Shown here piece by piece: positions 1-7,664 of a stretch of DNA of 32,000 nt (its first letter is position 1; every line of letters starts with the position of its first letter). The DNA is taken from assembly GCF_049243625.1 (NCBI RefSeq), contig NZ_CP046975.1. One strand, 5' to 3'. The translations under genes were made by a program, and so were the position numbers. The notes under the pieces were generated by a model. The model was not told the origin of the DNA. It made no database searches and saw nothing but the letters and a program-made list of their open reading frames with translations. The DNA is from Corynebacterium amycolatum (GTDB taxonomy: Bacteria; Actinomycetota; Actinomycetes; Mycobacteriales; Mycobacteriaceae).

Positions 1-708
1 AAGACTCTCAATGCTGGTGACAAGGTCGTCGTTACCATCACCACCAAGCTGAAGCCGCAGTTCGAGAACGCTACCGACATCGCACCGAACACCGGTTTGG
101 TCTTCCAGAACAACCCAGACGGTACCGAGAACGACACTCCGAAGGAGACTCCGGAGGTCAAGACCTACTGGGGCGGCCTGCAGTTCAAGAAGGTCGATGG
201 CGACCGCAAGGGTCTGGAAGGCGCTGAGTTCCAGATTGTCCGTCAGGAGGCTGGCAAGCAGTGCTCCGAGATTGACACCAAGAAGAAGGACTCCTGGACT
301 CCGGTAAACGGTCAGCAGGGTGGCGAGGTTAAGACCACCTTCGTCTCCGACCAGGACGGTACCGTCAAGATCACCGGTCTCCACGTCAATGACTTCGAAG
401 ACAACGCCGTGGTTGACAACGACAAGCAGTCTCACTACTGCCTGATTGAGACCAAGGCTCCGAAGGGCAAGGAGCTGCTGCCGGAGGCACTCGAGTTCAA
501 GCTGGTTGCTACCGAGACTTCCCCGGAGCGCGTCTACAAGCTGGCTTCCGTCCAGGTCGGCGCTAACGAGGGTGAGGTTGTTAACTCCGACGACACCACC
601 CCGAACCTGCCGATGACCGGTGGCGCCGGTGTTGGCATCCTGGCTGCTATCGGTGCAGCTATCGTCGCAGCTGGTGCATGGTTCGCCCGCCGCGGTTCCA
701 AGAACTAA
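1..708 (+). CDS. LPXTG-anchored major (shaft) pilin, C-terminal part; 5' end lies left of the window
   Basis: Frame 1 is open from base 1 (no stop before the tracked ORF at 97), so the gene is cut by the window edge. CnaB-like C-terminal domain with E-box-like YCLIETKAPKGKELL, then sorting signal LPMTG + hydrophobic GAGVGILAAIGAAIVAAGAWF + basic tail ARRGSKN. Followed by a class C sortase and two more LPXTG pilins, the Corynebacterium spa-locus layout. The LPMTG/LALTG/LPKTG trio matches my recollection of C. diphtheriae SpaD/SpaE/SpaF, but orthology is unverified. Confidence 0.9.
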   Translation, partial: KTLNAGDKVVVTITTKLKPQFENATDIAPNTGLVFQNNPDGTENDTPKETPEVKTYWGGLQFKKVDGDRKGLEGAEFQIVRQEAGKQCSEIDTKKKDSWTPVNGQQGGEVKTTFVSDQDGTVKITGLHVNDFEDNAVVDNDKQSHYCLIETKAPKGKELLPEALEFKLVATETSPERVYKLASVQVGANEGEVVNSDDTTPNLPMTGGAGVGILAAIGAAIVAAGAWFARRGSKN

Positions 709-727
709 ACCCGAGTAAAGGCTCGGT

Positions 728-790
728 CACTGGAGCGCTGTAGCTCCAGTGTTGCGGGAATAGCGTGCGTTCAACAGCGCACGCCATTCC
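728..790 (+). terminator. Two consecutive stem-loops in the pilin-sortase spacer (possible partial terminator/attenuator)
   Basis: Perfect 9-bp stem cactggagc/gctccagtg (728..751). A 13-bp stem with one mismatch, ggaatagcgtgcg/cgcacgccattcc (757..790), followed by tgtagtttg. They sit 20-80 nt after the pilin stop and about 130 nt before the sortase start. Confidence 0.45.
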
Positions 791-921
791 TGTAGTTTGC
801 GCATCACTGAAATTACTGTTGCGGCCTTTCGATGTGCTCTTTTTCAACAGCAGGCAACCCCATGCCGGTGAGAAAGAGAAAGGCCACATCCCTTTTTGAT
901 TGACTTCTTGGGAGTTCCTCC

Positions 922-1959
922 GTGGGTAAACACTCTGCGTCGACGCTGACGCGGGACGCATCAGCTGACCAGCCTGATCAGCCTGAGCAGGCGAAGAAGA
1001 ACAGTATGGTTCTCCCCGCAATTCTGGTGATTGTGGGTTTGCTTGTGATGCTGTACCCGGTTGTCTCCACGGCATTGAACAACTACGGCACCTCTAAGGC
1101 GGCTAAAGAGTTCGCCAAGTTGGAAAAGTCCGTACCCCAAGAAGTTAAAGATGAACAGTGGGAACGCGCTCATTCTTACAATGAGCGCCAGACCACCGGC
1201 CCGATTCTGGACCCGTGGCTTAACGAAGTTAATGACCACAACCCCGAGTACGCCGCTTATCTCGATCAGCTAAACGCTACGGATGTGATGGCGCGTTTGA
1301 TCTTCCCAGAGATTCAGGCCGATCTGCCGATTTACCACGGCACCAGCGATGAGGTGCTCGCCAAGGGGCTCGGACACCTATACGGGTCCGATCTTCCAGT
1401 CGGCGGTGTTGGAACCCACTCCATCATTACCGGTCACACCGGACTTACTAACGTAACGCTCTTCGATAACCTGCGGAAAGCAAAAGAGGGAGACGCCTTC
1501 TATATCCAGGTCGCTGGTCACAAGCTGAAGTACGAGATTGATCAAATCAAGGTTGTACTTCCGCATGAGACCGATGATCTTCGTCCCGTTGAAGGCCAGG
1601 ACTACATCACCCTCATCACTTGCACTCCTTACGGAATTAACACGCATCGTTTGCTAGTGCGTGGGCACCAAGTGCCGATGGATCCGTCGGAAAGCAAAAT
1701 CTTCGACCAAACGCACGGAGCTGGATGGCAGTGGTGGATGTACGCCCTGCTTGTAGCGGTACTTGTGCTTGGTACGGGCTTTGCGTGGTGGCTCTGGCGC
1801 CAGCGCCTCGACGCCGACGAAGAGCTTGACGACGACGCCGAGAACGCGGACGTCGAGACTGCTGATGGCGACGCAGACAGCGATGGACTCGCTGACGGCA
1901 GCGAATCAGCGTCCGAGGATAATAACAACACTTCGTGGTGGGAAAACGACAATGAATAA
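922..1959 (+). CDS. Class C (pilin-polymerising) sortase
   Basis: N-terminal TM (VLPAILVIVGLLVMLYPVV), class C lid motif DPW (ILDPWL), catalytic His (IITGHTGL), TLITC catalytic Cys, LLVRG Arg, C-terminal TM (WWMYALLVAVLVLGTGFAWWLW). GTG start at 922; ATG at 1006 is an alternative. Unusual 50-aa acidic tail after the last TM. Confidence 0.93.
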   Translation: MGKHSASTLTRDASADQPDQPEQAKKNSMVLPAILVIVGLLVMLYPVVSTALNNYGTSKAAKEFAKLEKSVPQEVKDEQWERAHSYNERQTTGPILDPWLNEVNDHNPEYAAYLDQLNATDVMARLIFPEIQADLPIYHGTSDEVLAKGLGHLYGSDLPVGGVGTHSIITGHTGLTNVTLFDNLRKAKEGDAFYIQVAGHKLKYEIDQIKVVLPHETDDLRPVEGQDYITLITCTPYGINTHRLLVRGHQVPMDPSESKIFDQTHGAGWQWWMYALLVAVLVLGTGFAWWLWRQRLDADEELDDDAENADVETADGDADSDGLADGSESASEDNNNTSWWENDNE

Positions 1960-2863
1960 ATCTTTGACATCCCCCTGGAACCGGATAGCTGCGTTCTTAG
2001 CTGCCTGCGCTCTGGTTTCAGTAATGGGTGCAGTTGGCGCGAATGACGCCAACGCGGCCAGAATTGTTGGGCATCAGGATGCCCCGGGCGTTTTAGCAAA
2101 GAGCGGCACGGACATTGTGCGAATTACCTTGAGCCCAGGAAACCCGGACGATGATAATTCGCCAGCTTCGGGTTCTATTTCTGGTGTGACCGTCCATCTG
2201 GAGCGCCTCAAGGGAGTCTCGCCGTCTAGTCCGCAGGACCGCGAGAAGGTTGAAAAGGCCACTGCCGCTGAGCTTGCGGCGTGGCCGAAAGACCTTCACT
2301 TTAGCCAGGTCACTGATGAAAACGGCTCCGTGAAGTTCAGCGATCTGCCGCAGGGTATCTACCTCGTTACCTCGACTGCGCCGAACGACAGCTACCGGGA
2401 AATTAATCCCTTCCTAGTATCGGTGCCGTTCTATGGGCTGGATTATGACTCCACTCCGGTAGAGGGAGTCATTGTGGCGAAGTCGCATAAGCCGGGGGAG
2501 ACGCCACCACCGTCGACACCTCCGACAACCCCGCCGAAGACTCCGCCAACGACGCCGCCGGCAACACCGCCGACAACTCCGGGGACATCGACGCCGCCGA
2601 AGACTCCGCCGACCACTCCGGGGGAACCGGGAACTTCGACGACCACTTCGACTACCTCCACGCCACCTGATGAACCTGGTACCTCGACGCCTTCGGGCTC
2701 TTCGGGTTCATCCTCAAGCTCGGGAAGTAGCGGAGAATCCGGCTCCTTGGCGCTCACCGGTGTGCAGGTAGCAGGGCTGGTAGCTGCCGCTGCAGCACTA
2801 ATCGGTGGAGGATTCGTCATTATCGCCGCTAGCAAGAAGAACTCAGAAAGTGGGAAGAACTAA
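1952..2863 (+). CDS. LAxTG-anchored minor/base pilin with Pro/Thr-Ser/Gly stalk
   Basis: ATG at 1952 (in frame with tracked ORF 1763..2863) begins a Sec signal peptide, MNKSLTSPWNRIAAFLAACALVSVMGAVGANDANA, and overlaps the sortase stop by 8 nt. One Ig/CnaB-like domain (GIYLVTSTAP...INPFLVSVP), an ~85-aa low-complexity stalk, then LALTG + TM + KKNSESGKN. LAxTG signals are typical of SpaB/SpaE-type base pilins. Confidence 0.85.
   Translation: MNKSLTSPWNRIAAFLAACALVSVMGAVGANDANAARIVGHQDAPGVLAKSGTDIVRITLSPGNPDDDNSPASGSISGVTVHLERLKGVSPSSPQDREKVEKATAAELAAWPKDLHFSQVTDENGSVKFSDLPQGIYLVTSTAPNDSYREINPFLVSVPFYGLDYDSTPVEGVIVAKSHKPGETPPPSTPPTTPPKTPPTTPPATPPTTPGTSTPPKTPPTTPGEPGTSTTTSTTSTPPDEPGTSTPSGSSGSSSSSGSSGESGSLALTGVQVAGLVAAAAALIGGGFVIIAASKKNSESGKN
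2492..2746 (+). repeat. In-frame Pro/Thr-rich then Ser/Gly-rich low-complexity coding repeats (minor pilin stalk)
   Basis: Peptide TPPPSTPPTTPPKTPPTTPPATPPTTPGTSTPPKTPPTTPGEPGTSTTTSTTSTPPDEPGTSTPSGSSGSSSSSGSSGESGS. Near-identical DNA blocks ccgccgaagactccgcc occur twice. Confidence 0.9.
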
Positions 2864-5800
2864 TGTTTTCGACAACATTCCGCTTGCCGGATTCAATGCG
2901 AACTGCGCTTCGCATGTTCTTGGCCGCTTTGCTGGCGGTAGCTCTCGTTGTCAGCGGTCAGGCTTTTGCGCCCAACGCGCCACAGGCACAGGCGCAGACG
3001 GAGGTCATTCCGACGTCTCCGCCAAAGTATGAGTTTAAGAAGATCAAGGTGACTCCGAAACCGGGCGATGCAAAATTCGAGTTCACTATTGATACTGACG
3101 CGACGATTGACAGCCTTCAGCTCAATGTCGGTGGCTCAGAGTCGATTCAAACTTATCGATTGAGCATTAATGGCAGGATGATTCCAGCCCAGTTCGACCA
3201 GAATCTACCGACTAGTGACGCGCGACGGGCACCAGTGGAAGTTGTGCACAGTGGGTTAAATCAAACGGTGAAAGCGGGCGATAAAATTAACTTAGAGTTA
3301 TGGATCAATAATAGGGTAGCAACGGGCAGCGTATCTCTGACTCTTCGCGGCACTACCGCAGGTTCGACTGAGCCCACCGAACCAAGTCAGCCAACCGACC
3401 CGTCAACTGACCCGACGGAGCCTACCCAGCCGACAGAGCCAACTGAGCCCACCGAGCCCACCGAGCCGGAGGATCCGGAGCCGGGAACGATAACTCCAGC
3501 AGAACCGACTCTTGTCGACCCTGCTACTGCGCCGGAGTGCGTGGAGAAGGCTTACATCAATATCCCGGACACCAAGGGTGTTGATTACTACCTCAACGCA
3601 AAAAAGGCACCAGCTGGCCCCCATGTCTACGAGCAGAACAAGCCGGGTACGGTCAAGGTCACTGCAGTAGCGCAGCCAGGGTTTAAGCTTGCCCCGAACG
3701 CGCGTACCGAGTGGACCTTCAACCTAAGCGGCGAGGTAAAAGACTGCTCAGATTCTTCTGAAGACCCCAAGCCACCGGCTGTCGAAGGGCGCCACTTTGA
3801 TGCCATCGGCCACGAGTTTGCAGTTAAAGCTGACCCAGTAGATCCGAAGAAGCCCAACGCCTTTACGGCTAAGGTGACTGAGGAATCTCACATGAAGTAC
3901 GCAACGGTGCGTATCGAGACTGACGCGACTTTCTTGGATCCACAGAAGTACAACCTCACCCTGGACCAGATCGAGCCTGGTGTGACTTTGCAGAAACGAA
4001 ACGTCAATATTGGCAACGGCTTCATCACTATGGACGTTGTTCCGGTGAAGGATGGCAAGCCGGTTGATTCTGCCGTTGTGCCGAAGGATGCGGTATTCAC
4101 CTTTACCAATAATCTCTCGCAGAACAAGAATTTGAAGGTCACTCTTGATGTCTACGGAGAGAAAAAGGACACACCAAAACCACCCGAAGTCATCTCCCCA
4201 CCAGATGGAGCTAAGTGGGTGCAGGGGCGAGTCCCTAACCCCCCGATGCCGCAGCGTTGTGGCCTGCGCATTGCTGTAGTAGCAGACCTTTCGACATCGC
4301 TCCGTTACGCAGATACTGATGGTTTCGAAGCATCTAAAAAGGCCGCGAATGCATTTATCGATTCCCTGCAGGGCACCCCAGCCGAGCTCGGCATCTATAA
4401 CTTCGCAAGTGGCGGTCCGGCTAATCAGGCTGGAACGACACACGGTCAGAACCCACCATATATTTCAATGCTGTCGGAGCAGGGCGTCCAGCGAGCAAAG
4501 GACGTAGTTAAGAACTGGAGCTATAACGCAAATAACAGTGCTACGAACTGGGAAGCGGGCCTGAAGCAGGTCAAGGATAACGACTACGACGTGGTGTACT
4601 TCATCACTGATGGTATGCCCACGACCTCCTCGACAATCAAGAGCAAGGGCATCGGTGGTGAATTCGTTCAGGCTAGTGCTCTCAACGACGCAATCAAAGC
4701 AGCCAACGAACTCAAAGCTGCCGGTACCCGTGTTGTGCCGCTCATGGTCGACCTGACTCTTGGCGGGCGAAGCAGCCAACGCCCCGTTGTAACGAATGAT
4801 CTGGTGCTCAAAGACGCCAAGCGCATTGCCTGGACAGCAGATCCGGGACAAGATCCAGGTTTGTACTACAAAATTCGAAGTGACCACCCGCAGGCTAGAC
4901 ACGCCAATTACATCGGCACCGATACTTTGGTGAACTTGAAAATGGCGTACGACGCGGCCGGCAGCCAGACCCTGCAGGTGTTTGAGCGCCTGCCCAATGG
5001 GGGGCAAGAGACGGTCACTCGCAATCAATCGAGGTGGACCTACGGGACGCGTGACGTCAAGACCATGGGCGAGGATATCTCGGGCGCTGGTGACACGGTG
5101 CGGGTGTCTAACTACAGCAAGCTTGCCGAACAGATGAAAACAATCGCTCAAGACGTAATCACACGATGCAACGGTGTCGTGAAGGTAAAGAAGCGGATTG
5201 TCGATGAAAACGGCAAGGTCCTCGAAGACGGCGCCCCAGGTTGGGAGTTCACTCTTTCTGCGAAGAACAATGTCATCAGTTCTGGTAATGGCCCGTTGGT
5301 TCATCAGTCGATGAAGGTAACCTCCGGATCTGAATCCGATAAGGGTACTGCATCGTGGAACATTGAAAGCGAGCGTGAGCAGTCGCTGGTTCTGGCTGAA
5401 ACACAGAAGCAGGGCTTCACTTTGTTCCGCCGCGGTGACACCTTGGATTCCACCGGTGACTTCAACGCCGTATGTACTCAAACCCGCGACGGGAAAACCT
5501 CACCTCTCAAGGTGGAGAATGTGGGCGAGTTCGGTTTCCGCGTAAAGATGTCGGAATCCAATAAGGTCCTGTCTTCCATTTCCTGTGTCGTCGATAACTA
5601 CGAAGCACCGGACACCAAGCCGGGCAAGCTGACCTTGGAAAAGGCAGAGTACGTCGATGGTGAGGGAGTCAAGATTCTACCGGGACTTGGTGGTGCGACC
5701 TTCGATATCTACCCCTCGGCAGGTGGTCAGCCAGACCACAGTGGAGGACCGGTCTACACCATCACGCCTGATCAGAAGTCGATTGAAATCACTGAGACTG

Positions 5801-6096
5801 GCACTTTCTACCTTGTAGAAACGATGGCACCGGCAGGACTTAGCCTGCTGCCAGAGCCAGTAGCTTTTGAAATCTCAATTGACCAGGAGACCAAGGAGTA
5901 CACCGTCTCAGTGGTAGGTGGCAGCAGCCCGCTTATCAAGGCCGAAGGCTCCGGCGAACTCATGATCATGCAGGTGACCGACACCAAGACCGGTAAGCTG
6001 CCAAAGACCGGCGGAAACGGAGTTCTTCTCTGGACACTGTTTGGTGCGGTAATCGCAAGCTGCGGTTGGTTCTGGACTCGTCGCCAGCAGTCCTAA
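2863..6096 (+). CDS. LPXTG-anchored pilus tip adhesin with von Willebrand factor A domain
   Basis: ATG 2863 overlaps the previous stop (TAATG). Signal peptide (ALRMFLAALLAVALVVSGQAFA), TEP/TDP linker, central vWA domain with MIDAS-like DLSTS (RIAVVADLSTSLRY ... YFITDGMPT), C-terminal CnaB-like domains (GATFDIYP, FYLVETMAPAGLSLL), then LPKTG + TM + RRQQS. Confidence 0.9.
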   Translation: MFSTTFRLPDSMRTALRMFLAALLAVALVVSGQAFAPNAPQAQAQTEVIPTSPPKYEFKKIKVTPKPGDAKFEFTIDTDATIDSLQLNVGGSESIQTYRLSINGRMIPAQFDQNLPTSDARRAPVEVVHSGLNQTVKAGDKINLELWINNRVATGSVSLTLRGTTAGSTEPTEPSQPTDPSTDPTEPTQPTEPTEPTEPTEPEDPEPGTITPAEPTLVDPATAPECVEKAYINIPDTKGVDYYLNAKKAPAGPHVYEQNKPGTVKVTAVAQPGFKLAPNARTEWTFNLSGEVKDCSDSSEDPKPPAVEGRHFDAIGHEFAVKADPVDPKKPNAFTAKVTEESHMKYATVRIETDATFLDPQKYNLTLDQIEPGVTLQKRNVNIGNGFITMDVVPVKDGKPVDSAVVPKDAVFTFTNNLSQNKNLKVTLDVYGEKKDTPKPPEVISPPDGAKWVQGRVPNPPMPQRCGLRIAVVADLSTSLRYADTDGFEASKKAANAFIDSLQGTPAELGIYNFASGGPANQAGTTHGQNPPYISMLSEQGVQRAKDVVKNWSYNANNSATNWEAGLKQVKDNDYDVVYFITDGMPTTSSTIKSKGIGGEFVQASALNDAIKAANELKAAGTRVVPLMVDLTLGGRSSQRPVVTNDLVLKDAKRIAWTADPGQDPGLYYKIRSDHPQARHANYIGTDTLVNLKMAYDAAGSQTLQVFERLPNGGQETVTRNQSRWTYGTRDVKTMGEDISGAGDTVRVSNYSKLAEQMKTIAQDVITRCNGVVKVKKRIVDENGKVLEDGAPGWEFTLSAKNNVISSGNGPLVHQSMKVTSGSESDKGTASWNIESEREQSLVLAETQKQGFTLFRRGDTLDSTGDFNAVCTQTRDGKTSPLKVENVGEFGFRVKMSESNKVLSSISCVVDNYEAPDTKPGKLTLEKAEYVDGEGVKILPGLGGATFDIYPSAGGQPDHSGGPVYTITPDQKSIEITETGTFYLVETMAPAGLSLLPEPVAFEISIDQETKEYTVSVVGGSSPLIKAEGSGELMIMQVTDTKTGKLPKTGGNGVLLWTLFGAVIASCGWFWTRRQQS
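3358..3486 (+). repeat. In-frame (T/S)(E/D/Q)P tripeptide tandem repeat linker in the tip adhesin
   Basis: Peptide GSTEPTEPSQPTDPSTDPTEPTQPTEPTEPTEPTEPEDPEPG. DNA contains consecutive gagcccacc / gagccaact 9-mers. Confidence 0.9.
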
Positions 6097-6103
6097 TAAC
6101 AAG

Positions 6104-6139
6104 AATGGGTTCTGTGCAGTCGCCTGCACAGAACCCATT
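6104..6139. terminator. Perfect 16-bp stem hairpin between convergent tip-pilin and protease genes
   Basis: aatgggttctgtgcag (6104..6119), loop tcgc, ctgcacagaacccatt (6124..6139). It lies between two convergent stops (6096 and 6204). No clear U-tract on either side. Confidence 0.7.
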
Positions 6140-6203
6140 GGGCAGCACAAAGAACAAGACTCGCGTCCCACCCATCAGGAAGCCCTACGCAAACAAAGCC
6201 CTC

Positions 6204-6836
6204 TTACCAGGGTGAATTAGCGGTGATATAGGAGCCAAGCTGCTGCCCGTTCCCATCGATGATGTTCCAATTAGTCGATACAACGCCAACAGCACCTTTT
6301 TCCGGAACCCATACAGGGCCACCGGAATCGCCGCGTTGAGCGTGTACGTTCTGAACCTGTAGAGCGTTGTCCTCGATTTGGTATGCCTCTCGATCAGCGG
6401 CTAAACCGCAGGAAACTCTCCCCGTAGTGTTTCCGTAAATGCAGACCGTCTCGCCAGTTTGAACATCTGTGGGGGATAGAGTCGAATCGCCCGAATACGA
6501 ATTCTCACCGGCAGTAGCGGGGTCGTCAAGCGAGACAACTCCAATGTCGTTCCCTGTATCTAGTGAATGGTCATAGGTGGGAGACGGTTGGAATACTCCA
6601 ATTTTCTGAAAGGTCCCATCCGTCACCGTGTCTCCTTCTTGCCCACAATGACCTGCTGTGTAGATCTGAGAGTTGGTCTTGTCGACATAGCCGGCTGTAC
6701 AGACACTAGCTTGCGGTCCATCAGCGTGAATGATGACAACTGGATCGCCTTGGTTGATGGTGGCCGCGTAGGCCGGTAGTCCGGTTGTAGCCGTGATAAT
6801 GGCAGTGACAGTGAAAATCCATGAAGGTCTATTCAT
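6204..6836 (-). CDS. Secreted trypsin-like (S1 family) serine protease
   Basis: Signal peptide MNRPSWIFTVTAIITATTGLPAYA. Catalytic His motif TAGHC, Asp in NDIGVVSLD, Ser motif GDSGGPVW. Compact (~185-aa mature) with no obvious pro-domain. Confidence 0.85.
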   Translation of the reverse strand: MNRPSWIFTVTAIITATTGLPAYAATINQGDPVVIIHADGPQASVCTAGYVDKTNSQIYTAGHCGQEGDTVTDGTFQKIGVFQPSPTYDHSLDTGNDIGVVSLDDPATAGENSYSGDSTLSPTDVQTGETVCIYGNTTGRVSCGLAADREAYQIEDNALQVQNVHAQRGDSGGPVWVPEKGAVGVVSTNWNIIDGNGQQLGSYITANSPW

Positions 6837-7190
6837 GGGGAAATCTGCTCCTCAGTGAGTTGGTCGGTGGCGGCCCAAAAACTGGTTGTGGCGTTTTCAG
6901 GCCGCACATTGAAAAGCATTTCCTCTGGTTGGGTTTCCTAGAGGGCGAATACGAACGCGCATGGTGAGCGTCCAATCATCTTAAAGATGCGTAAAAACGA
7001 AGCTAATCTCGTCGAAAAAGATGGAACTTATGCGTGCTGGGCAGTTTATATACCCGTTTCGTATCGCGAATATAAGGAAATGTATAAAACTATCAGTTAA
7101 GGCAAAACCTACGCCGAACTGAGCAATCATGCGCGATAGCGTTCTAAAAATGGGGTAGAAGAAAGGTCAACGCCTATCGGGGGAGCATGG

Positions 7191-7341
7191 CTAAACAGCT
7201 GCACTAACCAGCAGCAGAGTTGCCGCTGGCACTGTCGCCGTCGTCAAGCGCGGCAACGAGATCGCAGCTCACGCGAGTTCTGATCGTAGTCGGCATTAAC
7301 ACACCGCTGAAACGTGGAATCTCGCTGTAAGTTGCCACTCG
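7191..7341 (-). pseudogene. Relic of the 3' end (region 4 HTH) of an ECF sigma-factor gene
   Basis: The minus strand reads VATYSEIPRFSGVLMPTTIRTRVSCDLVAALDDGDSASGNSAAG*. This aligns with the C-terminus of the intact sigma at 10590..11168 (YSYAEAAEIAGCRVGTIRSRVARARRDLVAALGDGDSVNGDSTAV*). DNA identity is directly visible: ctaaacagctg (7191..7201 vs 10590..10600) and cactgtcgccgtcg[t/c]caag[c/t]gcggcaac (from 7230 vs from 10616). There is an in-frame stop at 7342..7344 and no region-2 coding upstream. Confidence 0.7.
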
Positions 7342-7664
7342 TTATACAAAGTTGTCGAATTTGTTAGCAAACGGCTGGCACGTGGGGTTCGTTCGTGATG
7401 TCAGAACGGGAAAATGAGAGGTCATATCCTGCTGTCAAGCAGGGATAATCTAGAAATTACAGAGCTCTCCGTGATGCCGGGGAAGAAAAGCACATCAAGT
7501 CTGTAATCCAGTTTTTCTAAGAGACTTTCATAACGAAATCCCTGCTGGAGGGGCTCTCTCGCAGTCATGTACTCCTAGCCACGCTGCAGGTTGCCTGTGG
7601 CGGCTATAGCATCGGCATTGTCCAGACATTTCGTCTACAACACTGAGAACAGGAACGGCACATC

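Noticed and set aside
1763-1951. Upstream extensions of tracked ORFs (1763..1951 for the minor pilin; also 12708..12791, 17386..17478, 25825..26076, 29386..29433, 30560..30685)
   Set aside because: The extensions overlap the preceding gene or lack an RBS. Internal ATGs give proper signal peptides, RBSs or operon overlaps, so I shortened the starts.
3748-5481. Minus-strand ORFs inside the tip adhesin gene (3748..4443, 4465..5481, 3888..4142)
   Set aside because: They are antisense to a gene with a signal peptide, vWA MIDAS motif and LPKTG signal. There are no recognisable domains.
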